Shown here piece after piece: positions 49,040-58,869 of a stretch of DNA of 64,000 nucleotides (positions within the stretch are counted from its first letter, which is position 1; every line of letters starts with the position of its first letter). A model generated the notes under the pieces. The model made no database searches, was not told where the DNA came from, and saw only the letters and a program-made list of their open reading frames with translations. Source of the stretch: Verrucomicrobiota bacterium. Its GTDB lineage: Bacteria; Verrucomicrobiota; Verrucomicrobiia; Limisphaerales; JANNEF01. Location: contig JANNEF010000313.1 of assembly GCA_031378375.1 (NCBI GenBank), positions 3,893 to 67,892 of the forward strand, written 5' to 3'. Both the position numbers and the translations under genes were made by a program.

Positions 49040-49984
49040 TCACTTCTGCCCGGCCTCAATCGAATCGAACAAACTCTCCAGGTTGTTCAGCGGCGCGTCC
49101 CGGCGGGGGCCGGGGTTGAGCGTCTGGCGCAGGTAATCAATCGCCTCCGGGATGCCGCGGATGGACTTGGGCATGGTCGCGCCGCAGGCGTTGGCGTGGC
49201 CGCCGCCCTGGAGTTTCTCGGCCACCTTGAGCGCCTCGCCGTTGCGGCTGCGCAGGCTGGCGATGACCACGCCGTTGGCGCGCCGAAACAGCGTGAGCAA
49301 CACCGGGTAGGGCGTGGCCTGCTTCTCGAGCAGTTGATGAACAATCAGATTGTTGTTGCCCAGGATGGTGTCCACGAAGCCGATGGTCGGACTGAGGGCG
49401 ACGACGTTCTTCCGGCTCCACTCGAACCCCAGCGGGTCTTCCACGCGCCGTTTGACGGCCATCACTTCGAGCAGCGGATGGTCGAGCAGTTTTTCGATCT
49501 GCCCGTTCAGGAGCGAATGCAGATTCCAGAAGCCATAAACTTTCACGAGGTTCGCGTAATCATTCGCCAGCGTGAACTCCGGGTCGTCTTCGAGGAACAG
49601 GTCGGAGACGTTGTTCAGATGCACCAGCCGGTCCAGCTCCGGGGAGGTCAGCTCGTGGTCGCGGCACACGTCGTAACACAGCCGGCCGGCGGACTTGGTC
49701 AAATCGTGGATGAACTGCGCCTTCTTCGGTTGCACCTCGGTCGCGTGATGGTCAATCACCAGCCAGTTCGGCCGGTCCAGCCGCGCCTCGAAGCTGAGGT
49801 CGCACACCCACGCGGCGGCTTCGCGCGGCTCGCGCTGACGCCAGGTGTGGTAATGGTGCGCTTCGAGCCGCACGTCCACGTCGTAGAGTTTCCGCGCCAA
49901 CCGGCGCAACAGAACGCCGGACACCAGCCCGTCGAGATCGCTCTCGTGGGTGAGGATTACATCGGGCTTGGGCAGCGAAATCAT
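49040..49984 (-). CDS. DHH/DHHA1 family phosphoesterase (NrnA-like)
   Basis: DLDG, IDHH and GGGH (KLQGGGHANACG) motifs in canonical order. Confidence 0.8.
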   Translation of the reverse strand: MISLPKPDVILTHESDLDGLVSGVLLRRLARKLYDVDVRLEAHHYHTWRQREPREAAAWVCDLSFEARLDRPNWLVIDHHATEVQPKKAQFIHDLTKSAGRLCYDVCRDHELTSPELDRLVHLNNVSDLFLEDDPEFTLANDYANLVKVYGFWNLHSLLNGQIEKLLDHPLLEVMAVKRRVEDPLGFEWSRKNVVALSPTIGFVDTILGNNNLIVHQLLEKQATPYPVLLTLFRRANGVVIASLRSRNGEALKVAEKLQGGGHANACGATMPKSIRGIPEAIDYLRQTLNPGPRRDAPLNNLESLFDSIEAGQK

Positions 49985-50233
49985 GCGGTGAAGCTAAGGC
50001 AGTGCGCGGAACGTGGCTAGTTTTAACCTGAATTCCGAAACAGCCAGTGAGCGAAACCGCGCCGGTGCGCCCGGAGCGCGGCGTTCACGCCGCCTCAACA
50101 TGCGAGCGGAAAAGCTCATGATTCGGCCACCGAGTTGGGGACGTCGAGGCGGCCTGAAGGCCGCGCGCCTGCTCCCGTCCTGCCGCCAACTTCGGAGTTT
50201 TGGTTTAAGCGCCTGTTTGAATTGTGCACCGGA

Positions 50234-50277
50234 GCGGGCGCCTCGCCCGCCGTGCGTTCTGCGGGCGAGGCGCCCGC
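50234..50277. repeat. perfect 17-bp GC-rich inverted repeat (REP-like hairpin)
   Basis: gcgggcgcctcgcccgc, a 10-nt loop, then gcgggcgaggcgcccgc. The arms are exact reverse complements. No U-tract on either strand. Confidence 0.9.
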
Positions 50278-50312
50278 AGGACTATCGCTGGCGGGGGCGC
50301 CAGCGCCACTGG

Positions 50313-50711
50313 TCAGGAAGCGGACTTGCGCGCCACGCGGCGGGCGAAACTCTCCACGCGGATGACGGCGCGCTTGTGTTGGCCGCGCGCGATGATCTCG
50401 TGCTCGTCGCGCGCCTCGACGTGGAAGGTGATTTGCGCGCCCTCCGCGTGGACGACTCGCGCGGTGCAGGTCACGGTCTGGCCAAGTGGCGTCGGCGCGA
50501 GGTGGCGCAGGTCTATCTCCGCGCCCACGGTGCGCTCGCCGGCTTCGAGGAACGGCAGCAACGCCTCGCGCGCCGTCCGCTCCAACAGGCCGATGAGCCG
50601 GGGCGTGCTCAACACGGCGGGCATTCCGTCCGTGGCGAAATCAATCACATGCTCCGGGCCGACGATGAATTTCAACTCGCCCGCCGTGCCGATCTTCGGT
50701 CGCGCTTTCAT
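50313..50711 (-). CDS. hotdog-fold thioesterase (fluoroacetyl-CoA thioesterase-like)
   Basis: 132 aa. The pattern ...VLSTPRLIGLLE....E.....GAEIDLRHLAPTPLG..V...A.V resembles the FlK-type thioesterase family. Confidence 0.7.
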   Translation of the reverse strand: MKARPKIGTAGELKFIVGPEHVIDFATDGMPAVLSTPRLIGLLERTAREALLPFLEAGERTVGAEIDLRHLAPTPLGQTVTCTARVVHAEGAQITFHVEARDEHEIIARGQHKRAVIRVESFARRVARKSAS

Positions 50712-50720
50712 GACGTTCGC

Positions 50721-51167
50721 TCAACTTTGCCGGCAGCCCATCGTGAGCAGCACGTTGGCCCAGAGCGACTGGTCGGCGGTCTGGATCGTCAACACATGAT
50801 CGGGCGAGGCGACGGCTTCGTAGAAATCCCACTTCTGGATCGGCTCCAGTTTGAGTTTTAGCCGCGCCTGCTTGATCACCTGGCGGTATTCGTGCCACAC
50901 CGGCGGCTCGCCTTCGCGCGCGTAAGGATCGTCGGCGGGGATGCCCATCGTGTTTACGGCGTCCACCGGCGCGGCGCTCAACACGGCGCGCAGCACTTGC
51001 GCCACGGTCACGATGCCGGGCGCGAGGTTCAGGCAGACGAGTTGCGCGTTCGGACCTTTCTTGGTCGAGGCGGGGTAGTTGCCGTCGGCGATGAGAATCT
51101 TCGCGTGATGCCCGGCGCGGCCGAGGATTTCGTTGATCTGCGGGTGAAGGAGTTCGTGCTTGAGCAT
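50721..51167 (-). CDS. RbsD/FucU family sugar mutarotase/pyranase
   Basis: MLKHELLHPQINEILGRAGHHAKILIADGNYP... matches the RbsD/FucU N-terminal His-containing motif. Confidence 0.8.
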   Translation of the reverse strand: MLKHELLHPQINEILGRAGHHAKILIADGNYPASTKKGPNAQLVCLNLAPGIVTVAQVLRAVLSAAPVDAVNTMGIPADDPYAREGEPPVWHEYRQVIKQARLKLKLEPIQKWDFYEAVASPDHVLTIQTADQSLWANVLLTMGCRQS

Positions 51168-51216
51168 GTGCCGGAGTAATCAGTGGGTCAGTAATCAGTG
51201 AACCAGTTGTCAGTCG
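51168..51216 (-). repeat. ACTGA-type heptamer arm, third copy (reads gacgactgacaactggttcactgattactgacccactgattact on the minus strand)
   Basis: It occupies the whole 49-nt gap between the isomerase stop (51217) and the FucU-like start (51167). Orientation relative to the downstream start codon is the same as at 5424 and 8822. Confidence 0.85.
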
Positions 51217-52038
51217 TCACGGGCGGGGGAAGAATTTGCGGAAGCTCTCGATGGTTTGCTTTGCCGCCGTTGCGGAGTCGGGCAGCGGCAGCGCCTCCGC
51301 CGAGAGGAAGCCGGCGTAGCCGATGTCGCGCAACGCCCGTGCCACGGCGGCGACATCCGTGTGGCCGAAGCCGATCGCGCGCCGGTTGCTGTCCACGAAA
51401 TGGATGTGGCCGATGTGCGGGCCGCCGGCGCGCAGGGCGTCGGCCACGGACGCCTCCTCGATGTTCATGTGGAACAGGTCGCTCAGGAGCTTCACGTTTT
51501 TCGTCTGGAGCGTGCCGAGGAAGGCGACGGCATCGGCGGTGACGTTGAGCAGGTTGGTTTCAAAGCGGTTCAACGGCTCGTACAGCAACGCCACGCCGTG
51601 AGCCTGCGCGCGCGGGGCCAGCAGTTCCAACGCTTCGCGCAACCAGTCCAGCGCCTGCTCGCGGGAGACGCCGCCCTCGAAGCGCCCCTGCATGGAGCCG
51701 ATGATCGCGGGAGCGCCGAAGCCGCCGGCCAGATCAATGACGCTGCCGATGAATTCCCGCGCGGCGCGGCGCACCGCCGCATCGGCATCGGTGAGGCGTA
51801 ACTTGTGGACGACCCAGCCCGCGCCCGTGCCCATCGCGGCGAGCTTGAGGCGGTGTTGCGCGAGCAAAGCTTTCAGTTGGGGCGCGTCAAATGTTTCGAC
51901 GGCGCGGGGAAACACTTCCACCGCGTCAAATCCGAGCGCGGCGGCCTGCGCGCAGCCGGCGGCGAGGTCGTCCCAGAAGACGAACGGCCCACCGCGCGCT
52001 TCGGGCACGAGGGAAATGGTGACGGCGGATTGAATCAT
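51217..52038 (-). CDS. xylose-isomerase-like TIM-barrel sugar phosphate isomerase/epimerase
   Basis: 273 aa from ATG 52038. GFDAVE, ...LYEPLNRFE..., HIHFVDSNR metal-site-type motifs. Confidence 0.75.
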   Translation of the reverse strand: MIQSAVTISLVPEARGGPFVFWDDLAAGCAQAAALGFDAVEVFPRAVETFDAPQLKALLAQHRLKLAAMGTGAGWVVHKLRLTDADAAVRRAAREFIGSVIDLAGGFGAPAIIGSMQGRFEGGVSREQALDWLREALELLAPRAQAHGVALLYEPLNRFETNLLNVTADAVAFLGTLQTKNVKLLSDLFHMNIEEASVADALRAGGPHIGHIHFVDSNRRAIGFGHTDVAAVARALRDIGYAGFLSAEALPLPDSATAAKQTIESFRKFFPRP

Positions 52039-52046
52039 GGCGTGGT

Positions 52047-52703
52047 TCAGGGCAGGACGATGACCGGGCGGCAGAACGCGCCGGTGTGGCCTTTCAAGTT
52101 GATGGGCAGGCTCCAGAATTGAAACGGCTGCGGCAGCGCGAAAACTTCCTCCGGGAAAAACAGTTCCTCGACGATCCACACGCCGGCTTTCAACAGCACC
52201 TCGTGCGTGAGCGAATTCATCGGGTCGCGCGAGCCGGCGATGGAGTAGTGGTCAATTCCGACCGCGCGGATTTTCTGTTCGACGAACCACTCCGCGCCGT
52301 CGGGCGAAAGATAGGGCGGATGGTAAAGCCACTCGTCGGACTTCGCGCGCTTGTTGCCCCAGCCGGTGGCGAGCAGGACGATGTGGTCCTCCAGCGGTCG
52401 GTCGCGCAACCGCTGGCTCAAGATCGTGGACGTGAGCGGCTGGTCGGGGCGCGCGTCGCGGAAGTCGGCGAGGACGGCGGGGCCGGCGAACTTTTCCAGC
52501 GGGATTTGATCGAGGTTCGCGCCGCCGGCCAGCTTGTGATACGGCGCGTCCACATGGCTGCCGGTGTGGCTGGCGAGCGTGAGCAACTCAACGCGCCAGC
52601 CGTCCTTCGGATGGTCGGCGATGATTTCCGATTTGACGGGCGGATGCGCCGGGCAGTTCGGGCAGTCGTGGTAAAGCGGCTGTGAGAGGTCAATGAGTTT
52701 CAC
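52047..52703 (-). CDS. cyclase family protein (kynurenine formamidase-like fold)
   Basis: GTG start giving VKLIDLSQPL. HTGSHVDAPYH motif and ...GIDHYS... typical of Pfam Cyclase (from memory). Confidence 0.75.
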   Translation of the reverse strand: MKLIDLSQPLYHDCPNCPAHPPVKSEIIADHPKDGWRVELLTLASHTGSHVDAPYHKLAGGANLDQIPLEKFAGPAVLADFRDARPDQPLTSTILSQRLRDRPLEDHIVLLATGWGNKRAKSDEWLYHPPYLSPDGAEWFVEQKIRAVGIDHYSIAGSRDPMNSLTHEVLLKAGVWIVEELFFPEEVFALPQPFQFWSLPINLKGHTGAFCRPVIVLP

Positions 52704-52725
52704 GGCGGGCAGGGCAGGGGACGGG

Positions 52726-53412
52726 TCAGTTCTCCAGCGCCTTGGGCGGGCCGAGAATGACCGACGCGATGATGGCCGACTGAAGGGATTGTCGCTGGCG
52801 CACGAGCGCGCGGGCCTGGGCGATTTGCGGACGGTTCGCGATTGCTCGCGACTGCGGGGAGCAATGAGTGACCATCCCGGTCCGATGGCCCAGGTGTTCG
52901 GCCGCCTGCTCATCAATCTGGCTGGCGCGGTGGTGGGCGGCGGCGGCTTCCGCCATCGCGCCGCGGGCGCGCATCCGCTCCGCCACCCGGTCGTCAATCG
53001 TGCTGCCGCGCAAGTATGCCTGGGCGGATTCCGTCAACGTCGGCATGTGGACGGGCAATCCCTCATCCTCCTCGTTCACTTCCGGAACGGTCACGCGCGA
53101 CGGGCGGGGAACCGGCGGCGGCGGCGCGACGGCGCGCGGTGATGGGGCGGGCCGGGGCTTCTCCTGAACGATCACGGGCGGTGGCCGGGGCGCGGACTCG
53201 GTTTCGCCACCTTCGAGGATGCGTCGCAATTCCTCCTCCCACTTCGCCGCCTTGGTGGGGCGCGGCTTCTGGTCCAGCGGCGGCGCGGGATCGGCGCCGG
53301 TCTCGTCGGGTTGCTGACGGTTCTTCAGCCAGTTGGAGATCACGCCGATGCCGAGGAAAACCAGCAGCGTGACGATTGATTCCCAACCCGCGGCGGCGAA
53401 GAACAGTGTCAT
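52726..53412 (-). CDS. hypothetical N-terminally anchored Pro-rich protein
   Basis: 228 aa from ATG 53412. TM helix IVTLLVFLGIGVISNWL, then a Pro-rich linker. 10 nt downstream of floA. Confidence 0.5.
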   Translation of the reverse strand: MTLFFAAAGWESIVTLLVFLGIGVISNWLKNRQQPDETGADPAPPLDQKPRPTKAAKWEEELRRILEGGETESAPRPPPVIVQEKPRPAPSPRAVAPPPPVPRPSRVTVPEVNEEDEGLPVHMPTLTESAQAYLRGSTIDDRVAERMRARGAMAEAAAAHHRASQIDEQAAEHLGHRTGMVTHCSPQSRAIANRPQIAQARALVRQRQSLQSAIIASVILGPPKALEN

Positions 53413-53422
53413 GTGTCGGCTC

Positions 53423-54546
53423 CTAACTCGCAGGCGGCTTGCCCGCAGCTCCGCCGGCGGTTCCACCCGCGCCGCCCGTGCCGCCGCCGGCGATGCTGTC
53501 CCTCATGCCGGTGTCGGCCTGCATGTTCTTCATGCGATAGTAATCCATGATGCCCAGGTTGCCGGAGCGGAACGCCTCGGCCATCGCCATCGGCACCTGC
53601 GCCTCCGCTTCCACCACGCGCGCGCGCATCTCCTGCACGCGCGCGAGCATTTCCTGTTCGACGGCCACCGCCGCCGCGCGCCGCACTTCCGCGTGCGCCT
53701 GCGCGATGAGCTTGTTCGCCTCGGCCTGCTCGGCCTGCAACTTCGCGCCCACGTTTTCGCCCACGTCCACGTCGGCGATGTCTATGGAAAGAATTTCAAA
53801 CGCGGTGTTCGAGTCGAGCGCCTTGTCGAGCACCGTCTTGGAAATGCGGTCGGGGTTTTCCAGCACGTCCTTGTAACTGTTCGCCGAGCCGATGTGGTGA
53901 CGATGCCCTCGCCCACGCGCGCGATGATCGTCTCCTCCGTCGCGCCGCCGACGAAGCGGTCGAGGTTCGTGCGCACGGTGACGCGCGCCTTGGCCTTGAT
54001 GACGATGCCGTCCTTGGCCACGGCGTCTATGGTGATCTTGCCCGACGCGGGATTCGGGCAGTCAATGACCTTGGGGTTGACGGAGGTGCGCACGGCTTCG
54101 ATGACCGTCTTGCCCGTGCCCTTGGTCGCGAGGTCAATCGCGCACGCGCGGTCGAAGTCCAGGTGAATGCTCGCCTTCTGCGCGTTGATGAGCGACATGA
54201 CCACCATCTCGACGTTGCCGCCGGCCATGTAATGCGCGGACAAATCATCAATGGTGATCAGCCGCAACTGTTGCGACGTCTGGTCCTTCACGCGCAGGCC
54301 GGACTTCACGCCCGTGATGCGGCTGTCCACGATGAGCGCCACCGGGATGCGCTGCAAACGCAGCGCGACCAGTTCGGTGAACTTCACGCGCGCGCCCGAC
54401 GTGAGCGCGCGTACCCAGATCATGCCGAAGTTCAGGAAGATGATCGCGAAGATGAACGCCCCCAGTGCCAGCGCCCCCCAGAGGATGAGTGTGATGAGGT
54501 TGCCGCTGGTTGTCGCCTGTGCGAATAACGTGTCGAATGAGTTCAT
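53423..54546 (-). pseudogene. floA: flotillin-like protein FloA (UPF0365/YqfA), interrupted by a 1-nt frameshift
   Basis: The N-terminal 218 codons (MNSFDTLF...[15 protein letters not shown]) are in one frame. The C-terminal part ([43 protein letters not shown]...) is in another. The frames meet at ~53893-53897 (gtcaccac-atcggc). The span is 1124 nt, which is 3n+2. Confidence 0.85.
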
Positions 54547-55046
54547 GTTTTGTTTTGATTGTTTGGTTCCCGCAAGTTTGCCGCTCCCTCCGTCTGCGTC
54601 CGCACCACGACGCGCAAGCCCTCGATGCCGACGACTTTGATCGCCGTGCCGCGCTCGATCAGGCCGCCCTCCGTCACCACGTCCACCCGTTTGCCGCCGA
54701 TGATCGCCGTGCCTGACGGGCGCAAGTTCGAGTGCGCCACGCCCGTTTGGTGCAGCAATTCCGGCTGGTCCGTCCCGATGCTCCCGACCTCCCGTTGCGA
54801 TACCAGCACGCGGCCCATCGGGCTGTCGGGGAAGAATTTGATCCACGCGCAGAACCCGCCAGTCAGCCCCGCAATCACGGCGAACAAGATCCAGTTGCCC
54901 GTGCGCAGGCCGAACTCCACGTAACCGAACGCGACCCCGGCCACCAGGCAGCCGAAACCCACTATGCCCGCAATCATTCCCGGCAGGACTGTCTCCAGGA
55001 GCAGCAGCACGACGCCCGCGACCAAGAGTGTGACGACCAATGCCAT
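54543..55046 (-). CDS. nfeD: NfeD family membrane protein
   Basis: 167 aa. Three N-terminal TM helices plus a C-terminal OB-like domain ([47 protein letters not shown]). Its stop overlaps the floA ATG. Confidence 0.8.
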   Translation of the reverse strand: MALVVTLLVAGVVLLLLETVLPGMIAGIVGFGCLVAGVAFGYVEFGLRTGNWILFAVIAGLTGGFCAWIKFFPDSPMGRVLVSQREVGSIGTDQPELLHQTGVAHSNLRPSGTAIIGGKRVDVVTEGGLIERGTAIKVVGIEGLRVVVRTQTEGAANLREPNNQNKT

Positions 55047-55136
55047 GTGGCGAGGGTATGAAGCCCCCGCGCGGGCGCAAGTAAAAAGGGCGGCGGGAAA
55101 TTATTCAGCCGACCCGCTGCGGCGCGTGTCGCCGCT

Positions 55137-55955
55137 TCAAGGCGCCTTCTGCTCAGGCGTGCCCAAGTTCAGCTTGTCGAAGTCCATCTCGAGGAATTCC
55201 ATCAACTCGGGGCCAAGTCCCGCCTTCTCGGCGGCGCCGGGTGGAAGGATGCCCTTCAAGCCGTTGGCGGTTTGCTCGTTGAAGGCGTCGCGCCGGTGCT
55301 CCCAGGCTTCTTCGAGCTTCGGGTCGGTCGGCTCCTCGGCGGAGTTGAGTTCCTGTTGATTCATCACGATGCCGCGCTGGCGCATGAATTCCTGGACCTG
55401 CGCCGCCTGCGGGTCCGTCAGGCCGGCCGCCTGCTGGAGCATGCTGCTGAAGAAACGCCCGTACTCGTCCGGGTTGTCCTGGAAGGCGGTGATTTGCGGC
55501 AGCGCGCCCAGCAACTTGGCGTGATCGCGTTGCAGCTCCAGGAGCCGGCGCTTCTCCTCCGGGGAAAGCGTGTTGCGGTCGCGGCCCGCCAGCGCCGACA
55601 ACTCGCCCATCGCCGGCAGGAAGACGCCCGCGCGCTTGCCGATGTCCTCCACCTTGCCCAGCGAGACCACCACATTGGTTTCCAACGGCGCCACCTGCTC
55701 GCGGAGCGCGGCGGCCTCGGCTTCGGCGACCTGGCGGGCGCGCTGTTCCTCGGCCAGCCGCCCTTTGAGTTTCGACACCTCCGCGCTGCGTTCGGGCGCG
55801 GGCGTTGCCAGGGCCTCCACGGTGCGGGTCTCGACTGGCGGTTCGGCGGGCGAGCCGGGCGGTTCCGCGTGGCGGGGACGCAATGTTTGCACGAGCAGGA
55901 CGATGGCGCCGAGGACACCGATTCCGACGATGGTTTTGGTGATGGTGGATGACAT
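55137..55955 (-). CDS. hypothetical membrane-anchored coiled-coil protein
   Basis: 272 aa from ATG 55955. TM (IVGIGVLGAIVLLV), then a coiled-coil (KLKGRLAEEQRARQVAEAEAAALREQ). No family recognised. Confidence 0.5.
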   Translation of the reverse strand: MSSTITKTIVGIGVLGAIVLLVQTLRPRHAEPPGSPAEPPVETRTVEALATPAPERSAEVSKLKGRLAEEQRARQVAEAEAAALREQVAPLETNVVVSLGKVEDIGKRAGVFLPAMGELSALAGRDRNTLSPEEKRRLLELQRDHAKLLGALPQITAFQDNPDEYGRFFSSMLQQAAGLTDPQAAQVQEFMRQRGIVMNQQELNSAEEPTDPKLEEAWEHRRDAFNEQTANGLKGILPPGAAEKAGLGPELMEFLEMDFDKLNLGTPEQKAP

Positions 55956-56034
55956 GTTTCGTGATGTTGTGATGAAGTTAGTTAATCGGAAGATCGGGCC
56001 GACTGGTTGCCCTCTGGTTTGTGGCGCGGCAGCG

Positions 56035-56358
56035 TCATGCGATGAACAACGTGACAAACGACAGCAGCAGACCCAAGGCGACCAGGCCGGAAACAATCCG
56101 GTGTGTTGTCAGGACGCCCGCACTGTCGCCGTCCGACTCGTCGCCCGTTTTTCGGCGCGCAAGGAAACTGGACGGCAACCCAAACAGCATCCATCCGCCA
56201 AATGTCGCGGGGAAATAGAAGAAGGTGATGAGCATCCCGCCTTGATCGTGAAATGTGCCCGCCGGCCGGGTGAGAATCCAAGCCCACACGCCGAGCGTAA
56301 ACAGCATGGACATTGCCGCGAGAGTCATCGCGATTCGAGACCGGGTGCGAGTGGTCAT
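56035..56358 (-). CDS. small hypothetical membrane protein
   Basis: 107 aa with three hydrophobic helices. No family recognised. Confidence 0.45.
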   Translation of the reverse strand: MTTRTRSRIAMTLAAMSMLFTLGVWAWILTRPAGTFHDQGGMLITFFYFPATFGGWMLFGLPSSFLARRKTGDESDGDSAGVLTTHRIVSGLVALGLLLSFVTLFIA

Positions 56359-56457
56359 ACGTGCAATTGGCTGTGTGAATAGGCGGCTGTCGAGTCGCGA
56401 CGCGACCGGTGCGAAGACTCCGGCGACGGGTTGATCAGAAAGTTTTTCATGTCCACC

Positions 56458-56853
56458 TCAAATTCCGTCCGAGCGCCGGCAAATCACACGATTGCCATGC
56501 AGTCCCACGATGTATCTGCGGTATTTCCTTCCGTTTACGAAGGACACGGTTCCTTCATTGGGGTTGAAACTCCAGCGGACGAAATATTTGTCGGGCGTTC
56601 CGTCCGGAGCTTTGCTGGGAGGCTGATCCACGCGCGTGGGTTGCCACAGGTTCACGGCGCTACTCTCCATGTTCATTGTTTGACGGGCTTTGGAAAGGGC
56701 CAGTTCCTCGGTCAGAAAAGGCGGCGCTGGCTCGACGGAAAAAATGTGATCCGGCCCGGACCGCGGCGCGACCGTGAGGATGCAGCCACTCATTAAGAGG
56801 AGCAGCACCGCCGCCGCACTTTTGAGGCATTGAACAATCTTTGATTGCAGCAT
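56458..56853 (-). CDS. hypothetical lipoprotein
   Basis: 131 aa from ATG 56853. Lipobox LLLLMSGC. The rest of the 433-aa ORF in the track is Arg/Gly-rich and antisense to the TauE gene. Confidence 0.55.
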   Translation of the reverse strand: MLQSKIVQCLKSAAAVLLLLMSGCILTVAPRSGPDHIFSVEPAPPFLTEELALSKARQTMNMESSAVNLWQPTRVDQPPSKAPDGTPDKYFVRWSFNPNEGTVSFVNGRKYRRYIVGLHGNRVICRRSDGI

Positions 56854-56972
56854 GTGACGCCGCCGACGGTGAAGGTCGGCGACGATCGCTGGCGAGCAGA
56901 ATCGTTCATGCAAGGTGCGTCCCCATCGCCGCCCCGCCCCGGGTGCTGCGGCGCGCTGGTCCGGCCGGTTGC

Positions 56973-57710
56973 TCATTTGGTGAAGATTAACTTCGAGCCG
57001 GCGATGAGGAGCACGGCGGCCAGCAACAGGCAGACGGTGCGCACTGGAAAACGCCGGCTGCCCAGGTGCGATCCGAGCGTGCCGCCCATCACGGCCGCCA
57101 CCGCCAGCGTCCAGGCAAATGACGGCACGGGTTGGCCGCTGCTGCAATGCCCCGCCAGCCCCGCCACCGAGTTGACCAGGATGAACAGGGCGGAAACCGC
57201 CGCCGCCGGTCGCGTGCGTGCCCACCGGCAGAACAGCAACAACGGCGTGAGAAAAATGCCGCCGCCGGTGCCGGTGAGGCCCGACAAGAATCCGATGCCG
57301 GCACCAATCCCCATGGCCGTGGGCAAGGCCGGCGGCGAAACCTCTGCCGGGTCGCCCCGGCGAAAGCACAGCCGGACGGCGGAGAATAAAAGTACGACGC
57401 CGACCAACGGCTTGAAGATGGCAACGGGCAGATGCAGGTAGCCGCCGAGAAAGGCGGCGGGCACGGCCAGGGCCGCAAATGGCCAGAACAACTGCCAGGA
57501 GAAATGCCCGGCCCGCCAGAATTGGAATGTGCCGATGCTCGCCACGAGGATGTTGAGCACCAGCGCGGTTGGTTTGATCATGGCGGGGGCAAATCCGCAC
57601 AACGTCAGGGTGGCGATGTAGCCCGAGGCGCCCGCATGCCCCACCGAGGAGTAGAGAAACGCCACGAGGCCGATGGCCGCGGCGATCAAGGCGAGTTGCG
57701 TGTTGTCCAT
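56973..57710 (-). CDS. TauE/SafE (DUF81) family sulfite/anion exporter
   Basis: 245 aa, polytopic. SSVGHAGASGY and GTGGGIFLTPLLL motifs typical of TauE/SafE. Confidence 0.8.
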   Translation of the reverse strand: MDNTQLALIAAAIGLVAFLYSSVGHAGASGYIATLTLCGFAPAMIKPTALVLNILVASIGTFQFWRAGHFSWQLFWPFAALAVPAAFLGGYLHLPVAIFKPLVGVVLLFSAVRLCFRRGDPAEVSPPALPTAMGIGAGIGFLSGLTGTGGGIFLTPLLLFCRWARTRPAAAVSALFILVNSVAGLAGHCSSGQPVPSFAWTLAVAAVMGGTLGSHLGSRRFPVRTVCLLLAAVLLIAGSKLIFTK

Positions 57711-57971
57711 GCGCGCGTAAAGGTTGGCCCCAAAGGTTAGTGCGTCGCGCCCGCGGCACGAGGAGATGCCAGGCGACGTGTCGGGATCTCTTTCGCCTCG
57801 CTCACGTCAGTCATTGAGAGCAGGCAAACAGAGCAGCGCATTTGGTTCAAGGACTATCGCCAAGGTGGCAGCGTCTCAGGGATGGATTCGTGGCTTCAAG
57901 TGCAGGTGCGAAGTCAGGCGCGCGCGAACTTTGACCTTTGCCCCGTGGGGGTTTGGTGGCACGGTGGCCGG

Positions 57972-58805
<834 letters not shown>

Positions 58806-58869
58806 CGCAGCACGGCGGTCGCGGGTGAAACTTTAGCGCGCAACAGGTTATCAATACAGAGTCTAGTCT

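Noticed and set aside
57711-57971. 261-bp larE upstream region as a riboswitch (for example a metal-sensing one)
   Set aside because: I could not recognise any known riboswitch core by eye. It contains REP-like fragments (ggactatcgcc...) that also occur at 50278. It needs an Infernal scan before any claim.
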